From an uncultured bacterium (GTDB taxonomy: Bacteria; Zixibacteria; MSB-5A5; GN15; FEB-12), in NCBI GenBank assembly GCA_965372795.1, contig CBDVDR010000008.1:32001-96000 (forward strand): a stretch of DNA of 64,000 nt. The letters run 5' to 3'. Positions 38,171-48,836 of this stretch are shown here, in pieces. Numbering within the stretch: the stretch's first letter is position 1; every line of letters starts with the position of its first letter. The notes under the pieces are model-generated. The model was not told the DNA's origin. It saw only the letters and a program-made list of their open reading frames with translations, and ran no database searches. The translations under genes were made by a program, and so were the position numbers.

Positions 38171-38255
38171 CCCACCCCAAGGGGTGGGGCACCCGAATTG
38201 ATGATAAAGAAAAATAAGTCTTGATTGTCGAAACCACAGGGGTTTCGACCTACTC
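38171..38255. repeat. REP-like palindrome doublet
   Basis: CCCACCCCAAGGGGTGGGGCACCCG plus GTCGAAACCACAGGGGTTTCGACCTAC; matches 20599-20675. Confidence 0.8.
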
Positions 38256-38396
38256 ATATTGATTCGAATTATAAAAATGTGGCGGGGGATAATTCCTCCT
38301 TATTCAAGCCTTAATCATGACTGGAACTACGCGTGCGCGAGGATGACACACTTCGTGTGTTTTATTTAATCAAAAAATCTTACAGCAGTTCAATTT

Positions 38397-38879
38397 TTAC
38401 AGGAGTTCGTCTTTCATATGGCTGATGATTTCCATGTGGCCTTCTTCGATTCGAGCCAGAGAACTAAACATCTTCTTACCGTCATCGGTAGAAACCCGCT
38501 TTGCCGCTGAATTAAACATCTCAAATGCTTCGACCTCAAGCCGATAAGCGATGTCTAAAATTTCTTCGATAGAGTCGGTTTCGGTCACTTCTTTAATAAG
38601 AGCGCTGTGAACTTCGTTCATTTCTTCGTTTATTTCCGGCAAGCCTTCTTGTTTCAGAATATCAGTAGTGGAAATCCATTTTTCACTGCGAACCATGGCG
38701 TCGAATTTTTTCTCGAGAATCATATAATGATCTTTTTCTTCGTAAGCCAATTTTTCCAACGGTTCTTTAATTTTTTCAGCTAAGGTTGACTGGGAAGCTT
38801 TCAGATAAAAAATATAACTGGCAACTTCCGCCTGCATTCCGGCGGTTAAGGCTTCAAGTATTTCAGGATTTGCGCCCAT
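38397..38879 (-). CDS. Ferritin-like / rubrerythrin-family protein
   Basis: Paired E...FY...EEKDH and E......IEEGH diiron motifs. Confidence 0.88.
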   Translation of the reverse strand: MGANPEILEALTAGMQAEVASYIFYLKASQSTLAEKIKEPLEKLAYEEKDHYMILEKKFDAMVRSEKWISTTDILKQEGLPEINEEMNEVHSALIKEVTETDSIEEILDIAYRLEVEAFEMFNSAAKRVSTDDGKKMFSSLARIEEGHMEIISHMKDELL

Positions 38880-39071
38880 GATTTTTCCTTTAATCTATAT
38901 CTGTTCCAAATTTACTAAACTATCAGATCTAAGTTACATAATCAATTTTGGTAGTCAAGAGAGTAATGTCAAATATCGTCTGAATATATTTTGTCGTACC
39001 CGGTTAAGCCTGAGTCACTTAAACCGGATGGGATACAAAACATTAATTGTAATATTTCGCATTAGAATAAT

Positions 39072-39098
39072 TAAGTTATCTCGCCTTAAATCCGATAA
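39072..39098 (+). promoter_or_regulatory. Sigma28 (FliA)-like promoter
   Basis: TAAG-N15-TCCGATAA, 40 nt before ATG 39138. Confidence 0.55.
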
Positions 39099-39137
39099 AT
39101 AAAGTTATAGGAACGATAAACATAGCGAGGTACCCTA

Positions 39138-40313
39138 ATGGGAAATTTTGGATTATTAGATTTTCTGTCTAACAGTTTTAAGAACCAGTATCAAAATCTG
39201 CTTAACAAAATAAACGCATCACAAAATTATAAGCCGACCTTACGGCAAGCAGAACCAGAAACAACTTCAACACCGCTGAATTCAGATTCTTACACGCCCT
39301 CACCTGATGCTCTTGCCCAAGCCGCCCAGCAGGAAAAACCGGCAACGACCGCACCAGTTGCAACCGAGGATGTTAAACCGGAAGATTCAGCAGAAGTTAA
39401 TCCTGATGCTGCACCCGAAGACGCTCCTGTAAATCCGGCGATGATGCCGGATGGTACCTATTCGTTTGAGCGGATGTCGCGTCTTGATTATAGTATGGAT
39501 CTTCGCTTTAATCTTAGCACCTTTACCCAGACGGTTGAGAGTATTGCTAATGGTGAGGTGCAATCTCTTGAAGAGTTTGCATTCGCCGGATTTGGTCTTT
39601 CGGCTGATTTGAACTTCAAAGGAAGCCAGGCGATAGTAACAAATTCCGATAGTGCACCAAACGAACGGTCAACAATGGTCAACAAATCATTTGGGCGGGC
39701 GGGGATGGCACAAAAGTTTGCGGCCAACAGTCGCAATTTTGCGCTTAATTCATTTTATAAAGAAGCAACTCAAATTGGTCGATCAAGCAAAGTTATTGAT
39801 AACGGTACTCACCGGATGACTATTAACAAAATAGGCTTACGTTACAAACTTGACAGTAATTTCAGTTTTTCATTCCTGAATAAATTTAATGTTCAGACCG
39901 AACAGATGGCTCTTCGGTCACCTGAGGCGGTTAATAATTATATTTCATCAGCCGGTAATGTGGCAGAGTCCGGGACCAGTGAAATGATGGCATCATTCTT
40001 TGGTGCTGTTGACGGATATTTGAATCAGGCTGAACAAGACCTGATTAACCGTGCCGGAGAGTTTTTTGATCTGGCAACGGAAGAACTTGGATTTAGCGGT
40101 GAAATAGTTCAGTTTGCCAAAGAGAACTTTGTGGCAACGATCAGCGGATTTTTTGATCGGGTTGATACCGCCATAGCAGAATTGAGTTCACAATATGCTC
40201 CTCAGGTTGGATTTTCTACCCCGGTTACTGAAAGTGCAGCAGAGGTTCCGATTCCTAAAGATGATTTTAATCCGGCTGTTCAAAGCGATGCCACCCAATT
40301 GGCAACCGCTTAA
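39138..40313 (+). CDS. Hypothetical protein with Pro/Ala/Glu-rich linkers, no signal peptide
   Basis: 391-aa ORF with SD GAGG; no family recognised. Confidence 0.8.
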   Translation: MGNFGLLDFLSNSFKNQYQNLLNKINASQNYKPTLRQAEPETTSTPLNSDSYTPSPDALAQAAQQEKPATTAPVATEDVKPEDSAEVNPDAAPEDAPVNPAMMPDGTYSFERMSRLDYSMDLRFNLSTFTQTVESIANGEVQSLEEFAFAGFGLSADLNFKGSQAIVTNSDSAPNERSTMVNKSFGRAGMAQKFAANSRNFALNSFYKEATQIGRSSKVIDNGTHRMTINKIGLRYKLDSNFSFSFLNKFNVQTEQMALRSPEAVNNYISSAGNVAESGTSEMMASFFGAVDGYLNQAEQDLINRAGEFFDLATEELGFSGEIVQFAKENFVATISGFFDRVDTAIAELSSQYAPQVGFSTPVTESAAEVPIPKDDFNPAVQSDATQLATA

Positions 40314-40341
40314 GGTAATATGAACTAAATTAGGGTTTACG

Positions 40342-40581
40342 ATGCGAATTCATGACGAAGACAACGACCAGACTTTAAAAAATGCATCCATATATTTGAC
40401 AACCTCAGAAGCTGCCGAACTTGTGGGGTTTCTGGTTGATATGATAAAAAAGCCGAACGTTAAGAGCGGTTTTGTCAGCGATCCTGATTTTGAACATAAT
40501 CTAAAAGTTTATGTTTATAATCAATATGAACAATCAGGGTTTAATCAACGACAAAAAGAAATTATCGAACAGGACAGCTAA
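40342..40581 (+). CDS. Small hypothetical protein
   Basis: 79-aa co-oriented ORF filling the gap before yggS. Confidence 0.7.
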   Translation: MRIHDEDNDQTLKNASIYLTTSEAAELVGFLVDMIKKPNVKSGFVSDPDFEHNLKVYVYNQYEQSGFNQRQKEIIEQDS

Positions 40582-40626
40582 AATTTATCTTGTTCTTATG
40601 CCATAATGTTTCAATATTCCAATTAA

Positions 40627-41313
40627 ATGAAAGAATTGATTTCCAAAAACCTGGTGGAACTTCACGGGCGAATTGCTGAAGCCTGTGAAAAGTATGATCG
40701 TGATACCGATGATATTGAAGTTTTAGCCGTAACTAAAACTCATCCATCCTCTATCATAAATATAACTGTTTCAGCCGGGCTGCATAATATTGGTGAAAGC
40801 CGCGTGCAGGAAGCCGAAGAAAAATTTAAAGAGATTGGTCGAATTGCCCGTTTTCATCTGATCGGTCATTTACAAAGCAACAAAGTAAAAAAAGCGGTTG
40901 AGTTGTTTGATGTTATTCAATCGGTGGATACTTTTAAACTTGCCAAACTAATCAATAATGAAGCGATCAAAAAAGATTTTACAATCGATTGTTTACTTCA
41001 GATAAATTGTTCCGGTGAAGATCAAAAATTCGGCGCTCAGCCTGATGATTGTCTGGAGTTAATCAAACAAGTAAATAATTTAGATTCAGTTAAATTAATC
41101 GGTCTTATGACAATCGGTCCGTTTGTCGAAGATGAAGAGCAAATTCGTGCTACCTATCGAAAATGTTATGATCTGTTCAAACAAGGCAAAGATATAGTCG
41201 GGCAGGAATTTGATACTCTGTCAATGGGGATGTCAAATGACTTCGAACTGGCTATTGCCGAAGGAGCAACCATGATTCGGGTCGGCAGTACCCTTTTTGG
41301 TCCCCGAAAGTAA
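40627..41313 (+). CDS. yggS: PLP homeostasis protein YggS
   Basis: AVTKT, GESRVQE, HLIGHLQSNK, GLMTI, LSMGMSND, RVGS. Confidence 0.96.
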   Translation: MKELISKNLVELHGRIAEACEKYDRDTDDIEVLAVTKTHPSSIINITVSAGLHNIGESRVQEAEEKFKEIGRIARFHLIGHLQSNKVKKAVELFDVIQSVDTFKLAKLINNEAIKKDFTIDCLLQINCSGEDQKFGAQPDDCLELIKQVNNLDSVKLIGLMTIGPFVEDEEQIRATYRKCYDLFKQGKDIVGQEFDTLSMGMSNDFELAIAEGATMIRVGSTLFGPRK

Positions 41314-41568
41314 GTTCGGTAACTTCGTTACGATGTAATTCCCTGTTCCTATTTTCCCTTTTTTACATATCCCATCCGTTATATTTCTTATATGTTGTTG
41401 ATAACAGCCGGTTTGGTCAACTTTCTTTTCATGAAAAATATTCAAATAGCCTGTTAAGTATTTTCACAAAAGTTACGATATAATTATTAAGTGTTTCGAT
41501 TTGAAACTATCAATCGGGACAAAAGTAGACACGGAAGGATAAATAAATAAAACATAAGTGAGTGAATT

Positions 41569-42513
41569 ATGGATCTTTCTCCAAATGATATTCGGAATTA
41601 TGAATTTCAATCTCAGCTCCGCGGCTATGAAAAAGAAGCCGTTGAGTCGGTATTGGAACAAGTCGCTAATGAACTGGAAGAGCTTAAACAGGCAAACCTA
41701 AAATTGTCGATGGAGCTTGATTCTGTACAGAATCAATTTAACGGACTTAAGCAGTTTGAAGACACAATTAAAAGCGCTGCCATTGATGCCCGTCGTAATG
41801 CTGATATGACAATGGAAAATGCCAAAAAAGAAGCAGAAGAGTTGCTTGAAGATGCAAAGACTAAAGCGGAAAAAAGTATTACAGAGAATTCTAACAAAGT
41901 TCATGAAATAGAGAATCAACTTTCACAACTCGATTTGACCAAACGTTCCTATATCACGAAACTTCGCGGATTAATCCAATCGCACCTTGAGATAGTTGAC
42001 GAAATTGCAGAAGCCGAACTTCCCAAAGAAGTTAATTTAACTGCAAACGATTCAGACAAAATTGAAGTTACTGATTCAAGTGAAGTTGAAGCAAAAATCA
42101 GAGAAAATATTTCAACCGTACCAAGCAATATTGAAGGCGTTGATGCCGAAGAGTCGACGGTTTCTGATCCATTAATTGAAGCTGAGAAAGCGGCCAATAA
42201 CGATGAATCAGAAGTTGATCCTGAATTGGAAGCTGCGATTAAAGGTTTTAGAAGTAATGATGATTCAGAAAGCGACCAACAACAATCTTCCGAACCGGTT
42301 GCTGAGACTAAAACCGATCCTCAAACCGGATGGGTTGAAACAGACCGCAAAGCCGAAGATGTTCCCCCCGAATTTATTACCGGTTCTGAAGTAAATGAAC
42401 ATAATGAACAGCCGGCTCAAAATCAGGAAGCTCCACCGGAAGATCTCGGAATTGAACTTGACCGGGTCGCGGCTAAATTTGAAGAGGAAATGGACAAAGC
42501 AGACAAATCATAA
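41569..42513 (+). CDS. DivIVA-domain protein with acidic disordered C-terminus
   Basis: LSPNDIRNYEF...LRGY...V, followed by coiled coil. Confidence 0.9.
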   Translation: MDLSPNDIRNYEFQSQLRGYEKEAVESVLEQVANELEELKQANLKLSMELDSVQNQFNGLKQFEDTIKSAAIDARRNADMTMENAKKEAEELLEDAKTKAEKSITENSNKVHEIENQLSQLDLTKRSYITKLRGLIQSHLEIVDEIAEAELPKEVNLTANDSDKIEVTDSSEVEAKIRENISTVPSNIEGVDAEESTVSDPLIEAEKAANNDESEVDPELEAAIKGFRSNDDSESDQQQSSEPVAETKTDPQTGWVETDRKAEDVPPEFITGSEVNEHNEQPAQNQEAPPEDLGIELDRVAAKFEEEMDKADKS

Positions 42514-42535
42514 TTAAAATTCCTTCCTCAGCAAT

Positions 42536-42574
42536 AAAAGATCGGCCTAATATTCCTACCTGGCCGATCTTTTT
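42536..42574 (+). terminator. Intrinsic terminator
   Basis: AAAAGATCGGCC/GGCCGATCTTTT. Confidence 0.75.
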
Positions 42575-42715
42575 GAATATACACACTTCTCACAATAAGT
42601 AAGATTTCTCAAATATTCCGATTATAACTCACAGTAATTTTCTGATATAAATATCTCTGATATTCAATTTCTATTTTACAAATCGGTTAGTTCTGTTTAT
42701 TCTCTCTGTTAGTAA

Positions 42716-43576
42716 ATGAATTATAAAAGGGAGTTTAAATTGGACACAGTAAATGAAATGAACAGAATGCTTGATGAAGCGGTCGCATATATCAGAACTC
42801 AAACTGATTTTGTCCCCAAAATTGGAATTATTTTAGGAACCGGATTAGGTTCCTTGGTTGATGGAATTGAAATGGTTGACACTGTTGATTATGACAAAAT
42901 TCCTAACTTCCCAGTCTCAACGGTCGAATCTCATGCCGGGAAATTACTATTTGGTAATCTCAAGGGAAAACCGGTTGTCTGTATGCAGGGACGTTTTCAC
43001 TATTACGAAGGATACTCATTCCAGCAGATAGCTTTCCCGATTCGAGTTATGAAAAAACTCGGCATGGAAACAATTATTGTCTCAAACGCCTGTGGCGGGA
43101 TGAATCCAAATTTCAAAGCCGGCGATATTATGCTGATTAAAGATCATATTAATTTCTTCCCGGGTAATCCGCTGATCGGTCCCAATGATGACACGATGGG
43201 TGACCGTTTCCCGGATATGTACGAAGTTTACAACTTCAAACTTCAGACGCTCGCCAAAGAGGTAGCCATGGAGCAGGGGCTTCGAATGCAGGAAGGTGTC
43301 TATGTCGGGTTGACCGGACCTTGTCTTGAAACCGGAGCTGAGTACCGGATGCTTCGCGGTTTTGGAGCAGATGTGGTTGGGATGTCAACCGTTCCGGAAG
43401 TTATTGCTGCCCATCACCAGCACAACAAAGTTTTGGGTTTTTCGATTGTCACCGACATGGGGCTGGCGGACAATATGCACCGTTGTTCTTTGGATGATGT
43501 TATCCGGATGGCTGGTGAAGCCGAACCGAAACTTCGCGATTTGATCGCCGGCTGTGTTGAAAAAATGATGATATAA
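42716..43576 (+). CDS. punA: Purine nucleoside phosphorylase (trimeric type)
   Basis: ILGTGLG, GRFHYYEG, SNACGG, DRFPDM, GP..ET.AE, VGMSTVPE; true start may be TTG 42740. Confidence 0.95.
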   Translation: MNYKREFKLDTVNEMNRMLDEAVAYIRTQTDFVPKIGIILGTGLGSLVDGIEMVDTVDYDKIPNFPVSTVESHAGKLLFGNLKGKPVVCMQGRFHYYEGYSFQQIAFPIRVMKKLGMETIIVSNACGGMNPNFKAGDIMLIKDHINFFPGNPLIGPNDDTMGDRFPDMYEVYNFKLQTLAKEVAMEQGLRMQEGVYVGLTGPCLETGAEYRMLRGFGADVVGMSTVPEVIAAHHQHNKVLGFSIVTDMGLADNMHRCSLDDVIRMAGEAEPKLRDLIAGCVEKMMI

Positions 43577-43625
43577 TCACGTTGACAGGTATAGCCTGTC
43601 TATTTAATTATTATAAGTTCGTTTA

Positions 43626-43653
43626 AGGTGTGGAGTAATCCACACCTATTTTT
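43626..43653 (+). terminator. Intrinsic terminator
   Basis: AGGTGTGGA/TCCACACCT followed by ATTTTT. Confidence 0.75.
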
Positions 43654-43700
43654 CAATAAAATATTATTACTTCAAATCGTAACAGAATAAATCTAACAAG

Positions 43701-43727
43701 TTAAAAATCCCTCCATTTGTCCGATAA
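43701..43727 (+). promoter_or_regulatory. Possible sigma28-like promoter
   Basis: TTAA-N15-TCCGATAA. Confidence 0.4.
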
Positions 43728-43779
43728 TAAATTTAATAAACAAATTATGTGAAAATTACAAATTGTTGAAGGGGCTGCT

Positions 43780-45090
43780 ATGTTGAAGAAACAATTCTCA
43801 AGATTAACTATCCTCATGATCTATATTGGAACCCTTCTGTTATCGATTCTTTCATTTTTCACCACTTATGCCGGAATGACGATTCTCTTAAATGAAAATC
43901 TCGCCCTGATCGGTTCTCTCGGTCTGCAAATCGCCATGCTGGGGATTGCCTGGAATTTAATGAAAATCAAAGAAAAACGTATTGCCTATATATCCGTTTT
44001 TTGCCTGGCTGCCTCTTTTTCGATTTTCTTTTCTTATGCAAATTTTGACACCAACCTGAAAGAAAATACCCGGATTGACTCGGCCCGTAAAAATTATACC
44101 AATGCCGCCCGCAATGTTTTAGCCGACTATTCAAAAACCGCTCGTGATGCCGCCCTCAAGGGACGCTATCAAATCGACCGGTTGAATACCCTTATGACAT
44201 TAGAAAAAACAAAAGGGTGGGCGACGGCTGTTGATGAAGGCTCCGGTGATCCGTTCATTCAGAATTTTCTTGATGGCGCCCGCGCAACGGTTGCATCATG
44301 GGAAAGATTAAATAGTAAAAAATATTCACAAGGGATCGGCGAAGGAATTATTTACAATTATTTTACTGGTAAAATCACTCAAGTTGAAACCAACATGATT
44401 TTGGTTAATAATTATATCACTAAACTAAATAATACTTCACAAAAACTCAATAGCACTCTTACCGTAGAAGATCAAAGTAAAATTGTTAATGATGTCTGGG
44501 CAAAATTCCCCATATCTGAAATAGCCCTAATGACCGCTACGGTTCCGGTTTATTCAAATCCGCCAAATCGCGCTGATTTTGTCGAAACACCCAAAACCCG
44601 CCAACAAGCTTTTATGATGGTTATCAATGATTTCGCCGAGATGGACAGGCTGGCAACCTTCTCTTTGTTATTAGCTTTTGCTATAGACTTTATTGTCATA
44701 CTGATGGCGTTCGTTGGAAGCTACCGGGTTGATGAAATCGACTTTCTGTTTGACCGGGTGCGTGTGGATACCGTCAACAGATTGAAAAAACTATCTCTTG
44801 ATAACAGTTCTTCGATTGATGAAGTAACCGATGAGTCTTTACATAAAATTCAAAAAGCATCTGATTTTGGTATTAACATGATTAAGAGTCAAAGAGATTA
44901 TGACAATCGCAAGAAGCAAATAAAAATCGTTCTGAAACGAAAAGGCGAAGAAGCTATTCGCGAAGATCTCAGACAGGAAAATATGGATGAAATTTCACAA
45001 AAACGATTTACCCCTGAACAGCATACAGCAACGATTAGCCGGATGCGAACCCTTATGGAATCCAAAGAAGAAGAGACGATTAGTTTGTAA
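43780..45090 (+). CDS. Hypothetical membrane protein (3 TM, large loop, 1 TM, cytoplasmic tail)
   Basis: Hydropathy pattern of 436-aa ORF. Confidence 0.8.
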   Translation: MLKKQFSRLTILMIYIGTLLLSILSFFTTYAGMTILLNENLALIGSLGLQIAMLGIAWNLMKIKEKRIAYISVFCLAASFSIFFSYANFDTNLKENTRIDSARKNYTNAARNVLADYSKTARDAALKGRYQIDRLNTLMTLEKTKGWATAVDEGSGDPFIQNFLDGARATVASWERLNSKKYSQGIGEGIIYNYFTGKITQVETNMILVNNYITKLNNTSQKLNSTLTVEDQSKIVNDVWAKFPISEIALMTATVPVYSNPPNRADFVETPKTRQQAFMMVINDFAEMDRLATFSLLLAFAIDFIVILMAFVGSYRVDEIDFLFDRVRVDTVNRLKKLSLDNSSSIDEVTDESLHKIQKASDFGINMIKSQRDYDNRKKQIKIVLKRKGEEAIREDLRQENMDEISQKRFTPEQHTATISRMRTLMESKEEETISL

Positions 45091-45144
45091 AACAAAACTT
45101 TAATAAATTTCTTGGTGTAATTTGAGTCTACAGTTCAAATGATT

Positions 45145-45174
45145 AAAGGTGCAGTGAAGTCTGCACCTTTTTTT
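45145..45174. terminator. Terminator between convergent genes
   Basis: AAAGGTGCAG/CTGCACCTTTTTTT. Confidence 0.85.
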
Positions 45175-45195
45175 ATTAAAAAAAGAAGCAATGCT

Positions 45196-46446
45196 TCAAA
45201 ATCCGGTCATGCAGACCGGTTTTTCTTCGACATAAAAAAGTTTGTTTAAGACCTCAACAAATGATATATCAGAAATTTTTATCAATGAAAAGTCGTAGAG
45301 TGATTTAAAATTAACCGCGCCCATCACAAGGGATGACAATTCGGACACATCTATGTCAACCTCGACCTCATAACTACCGTCATTATCAGTCGACAAAGTA
45401 CCATTTTCAAAATGAAGGATTATACTGCCGGCATTTGATGGATAAAAAGAATCGGCAACATTGAATTTTAATTTTATTGTTTGATTGTTAAAGTTATGGT
45501 CTGCCATCTGCACAAACAGACCGTCAGTATCAATAATGCGATACATCATCCCGGCTCCCATAATGCTGCTTTCGTGGTACACCGAGGGAATCATATTCAT
45601 GGTGCCATTGCGGGGGTCTTTGAGCATCGTATAAAAATATTCATCACTGGTTCTGAAAATAACCCGGTTAATCTGGTCAAACTGAATATGCAAATAGGTC
45701 ATCATCTCGCTTAAGGCTTCCGGGTTTTCATAAATCATCTCTTCAACAACCATATCATTTTCGATGAAAGAATCACCATCAGCTTTGGTGAATGATAAAA
45801 TCATATACCCTTCGACTTTATTATTTTTGACACAGCCGATACATTTGAAAGTTTTGTTTCTTTCGATCCGCAGTTTTCTCGTGTAGGACGATTCTTCTAT
45901 CATTCCATGAGTTTTTTCAACATAGCGGTTATAACAATCGTTGAGAATCTCAGTATCATCTAAAGTCAAATACCTGATATGCTTTTTGTTGGTGCGTGGG
46001 AGATGTTCCGGTTTGACTTTGTAGACATATATTTTAGTTCCATACCCCCACCCCATAGCTTTGTAGAAATCATGGCGGAAAGCCCAAAGGATAGTCATTG
46101 AAGCGCCCAGTTTTTTATAATGATCCAGATAAAATTCGACCATTTCTTTGGCAACATGTTCTTTTTTGTGGAGCAGGTCAACCGCAACGGCACCCAGTCC
46201 GCCGGCAAGGATTTTCTTATTGTGGAAATTCATTTGAAAATCAAAAAACCTCATCACACCCAAAATTTCATCTTCCCGGAGAAGTCCATACATTGAATAT
46301 CTGGGGTCCTTGTCAGCTTTAATGAAAATTTCCCTATATTTTTTACGCTCTTCTTCGTTTTTTACCATAAAAGCCGGATAAGCGTCTGAGAACAAATCTA
46401 TAAACCGGTCAATTTCGTTTTCATTTAATTTTCTAATCTGGCTCAT
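45196..46446 (-). CDS. Eis-family GNAT acetyltransferase (two GNAT domains plus SCP2-like domain)
   Basis: GGLGAVAVDLLHK, L.AF...FY..MGWG, C-terminal LSSLVMG. Confidence 0.88.
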   Translation of the reverse strand: MSQIRKLNENEIDRFIDLFSDAYPAFMVKNEEERKKYREIFIKADKDPRYSMYGLLREDEILGVMRFFDFQMNFHNKKILAGGLGAVAVDLLHKKEHVAKEMVEFYLDHYKKLGASMTILWAFRHDFYKAMGWGYGTKIYVYKVKPEHLPRTNKKHIRYLTLDDTEILNDCYNRYVEKTHGMIEESSYTRKLRIERNKTFKCIGCVKNNKVEGYMILSFTKADGDSFIENDMVVEEMIYENPEALSEMMTYLHIQFDQINRVIFRTSDEYFYTMLKDPRNGTMNMIPSVYHESSIMGAGMMYRIIDTDGLFVQMADHNFNNQTIKLKFNVADSFYPSNAGSIILHFENGTLSTDNDGSYEVEVDIDVSELSSLVMGAVNFKSLYDFSLIKISDISFVEVLNKLFYVEEKPVCMTGF

Positions 46447-46593
46447 ACATTTTTCCTATGTTAAACATTATCTTCTTAGCTACGTATAATAGAGTTAAAT
46501 GTTTAAATTTCAACAAATGATTATTTTTTTGATTTTTTGCATTTATTTTCAGATACTAAGGCAAGGAATATTAATTAATTTGAAAGGTATAAA

Positions 46594-48414
46594 ATGACTC
46601 CTGAAAACATTACTGCCGTTGATGAAACAATGACGCGCGATAAAATTGACGATAAACTCAAATGGGATCTGACAGATCTTTATAAGAGCGATCAGGATTG
46701 GGAAAATGATCTTGAAAAAGCCAAAACAATGATCGAGGAAGCCAAAAAATTTACCGGACAGTTAAGCAGTTCTGCCAAGACTCTTTACGATTGTCTTACT
46801 GCCCGTGGGAAATTGAACGAGACAACTTTTTCGCTTTATCAGTATGCTCATCTTAACAAAGATCTCGATAACAGGGATTCCAAATATCAGGCGATGGACG
46901 ACCGGGCGGCAATGTTGAGCGCTAATGCCGGAGCTGCGTTTTCATTTGTTGAACCTGAACTTCTGAAATTATCTGATGAACAGCTTCTGGAATTATCAGC
47001 CCAGTTTGAAAAAAAAGATGAGTATGATTTTTATATTAAAGAACTGATCCGTTCAAGGGCGCATATCCGTTCAGAGGAAGTCGAGGAAATTCTGGCACAG
47101 ACAGCTATGATCTCTCGCAGTCCGATGTCTATATTTTCGATGCTTGATAATGCTGATATTGTTTATCCGTCAATTAAAGATGAAAACGGTAATGAAGTGC
47201 AATTAACCAAACAGGTGTTTGCGAAGTTCATGGAATCATCTGATGCCCGCGTTCGTAAGGATGCCAGCGATGCCTTTTATACTCCATACAAAAATCATAT
47301 CAACACCCTCGGAGCATCGTTGTCATCTTCGGTTAACAAAGATATATTTTATTCCCGTTCAAGGAAATTTGAATCTGCTCTTGAAGCCTCGCTTGATAGT
47401 GATTTTATCCCGACCGAGGTTTATCATTCGTTGCTCGATAGCACCGAAGCAAATCTGCAGGGGCTTCATAAGTATGTTGAGTTGAGGAAGAAAATTCTCA
47501 AACTTGATGATATCCATCCTTATGATATTATCTGTCCTTTGTTTCCTGATCAAAATTATGAGGTTGAATACGACGATGCGATCAAAGAAATAATGATTGC
47601 CGTCAAACCTCTGGGTGATGAATATTGTCAGTCGCTTCAAAAGGCATTTGACTCGCGCTGGATTGATGTCTATGAAACACCCGGTAAAGAAAGTGGCGCC
47701 TACAACTGGGGTAACTACAATGTTCATCCTTTTATTTTGATGAACTACAATAAAACCGTTGATAATATGTTTACGCTGGCTCATGAGATGGGTCATGCCA
47801 TGCACAGCAAATTCTCAAGCGGTAAACAATATTTTTCAAAAGCTCATTATTCGATATTTGTTGCCGAGGTTGCCTCGACTTTGAACGAAGGACTTCTGCT
47901 GGAACATCTTCTTAAAAAAGCTACCGACAAAAAAGAGCGATTGTATCTGTTGAATCGACATATTGATAACACTGTTGGAACATATTTCAATCAGAATCTT
48001 TATGCCCGTTTTGAATTATTGATTCATGCCGAGGTTGAAAAGGGCGGAGCTTTGTCGCCGGATATGATGACTGAGGTGTGGAGAGAATTGACACAGAAAT
48101 ATTATGGTCCGGGATTTGTAATTGATGATCTTTCAGCACTCAAATGGTGCCGGATTCCTCATTTTTATATGACCTATTATGTATTTCAATATGCAACATC
48201 GTACGCCGCCTCGCAGGCAATTTTGACAAAATTCTTAAGTGGTGATGATACAATTATAGAAAAATATTTGACCTTGCTTTCAGCGGGTGGTTCGGATTAT
48301 CCGATTGAACTGCTTAAAAAATGCGATGTTGACATGACAACCGACGAACCGATTAAGGCAACCTTGAAATTGTTCTCCGACCAGATTGATGAGATGGAGA
48401 AGCTAACGAATTAA
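46594..48414 (+). CDS. pepF: Oligoendopeptidase F (M3B)
   Basis: WDLTDLY, WIDVYE..GK.SGAY, TLAHEMGHAMH, AEVAST, IPHFY..YYVFQYA. Confidence 0.96.
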   Translation: MTPENITAVDETMTRDKIDDKLKWDLTDLYKSDQDWENDLEKAKTMIEEAKKFTGQLSSSAKTLYDCLTARGKLNETTFSLYQYAHLNKDLDNRDSKYQAMDDRAAMLSANAGAAFSFVEPELLKLSDEQLLELSAQFEKKDEYDFYIKELIRSRAHIRSEEVEEILAQTAMISRSPMSIFSMLDNADIVYPSIKDENGNEVQLTKQVFAKFMESSDARVRKDASDAFYTPYKNHINTLGASLSSSVNKDIFYSRSRKFESALEASLDSDFIPTEVYHSLLDSTEANLQGLHKYVELRKKILKLDDIHPYDIICPLFPDQNYEVEYDDAIKEIMIAVKPLGDEYCQSLQKAFDSRWIDVYETPGKESGAYNWGNYNVHPFILMNYNKTVDNMFTLAHEMGHAMHSKFSSGKQYFSKAHYSIFVAEVASTLNEGLLLEHLLKKATDKKERLYLLNRHIDNTVGTYFNQNLYARFELLIHAEVEKGGALSPDMMTEVWRELTQKYYGPGFVIDDLSALKWCRIPHFYMTYYVFQYATSYAASQAILTKFLSGDDTIIEKYLTLLSAGGSDYPIELLKKCDVDMTTDEPIKATLKLFSDQIDEMEKLTN

Positions 48415-48483
48415 CAGACCCTTCGGGTGCTTTATGTCTGTTTGAATTGATTATCGTAAGGTAGGTTTTCAGACCTACCTTAC
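48413..48483. repeat. Intergenic palindromes, REP-like
   Basis: AACAGAC...GTCTGTT and GTAAGGTAGGT-TTTCAG-ACCTACCTTAC. Confidence 0.55.
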
Positions 48484-48539
48484 TTTTATATGAATAAAAA
48501 TCGAATCCATAAGTATATATATTTAAAAGGGAGAAAAAT

Positions 48540-48836
48540 ATGACACATTATGGTGGAGGAGCCGCAGCAGCCGGTACCGCAGCAGCGGCAGCGGCAGAAA
48601 TTCAGGCGCTTAAAGCCTCGGGCGCAATTGTAAAAATTGAACCGGCAGAGTTTAAGAAAATTCTGGATAAAATCGAAGAACCGTTGGTGGTATATGCTGA
48701 AGGCGGTCTGTTTACAAAAAACTATCAATATTTGATGAATTATAAGGGGTTGTTCTTTTTCACAAAAGCAACCGAACCGATTCATCTTTCAGGACGCACC
48801 GAGATAGTTGCCGCCAAATCAATCTGGGTACCGTAG
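48540..48836 (+). CDS. Hypothetical protein with Ala/Gly-rich N-terminus
   Basis: 98 aa, strong SD AAGGGAG. Confidence 0.8.
   Translation: MTHYGGGAAAAGTAAAAAAEIQALKASGAIVKIEPAEFKKILDKIEEPLVVYAEGGLFTKNYQYLMNYKGLFFFTKATEPIHLSGRTEIVAAKSIWVP

Noticed and set aside
39138..40313. Flagellin or FliK call for the sigma28-preceded ORF
   Set aside because: No flagellin terminal motifs or FliK C-terminal signature recognised
41451..41469. Second Rex box upstream of divIVA (CTGTTAAGTATTTTCACAA)
   Set aside because: Spacing is one base too long and the left arm is mismatched
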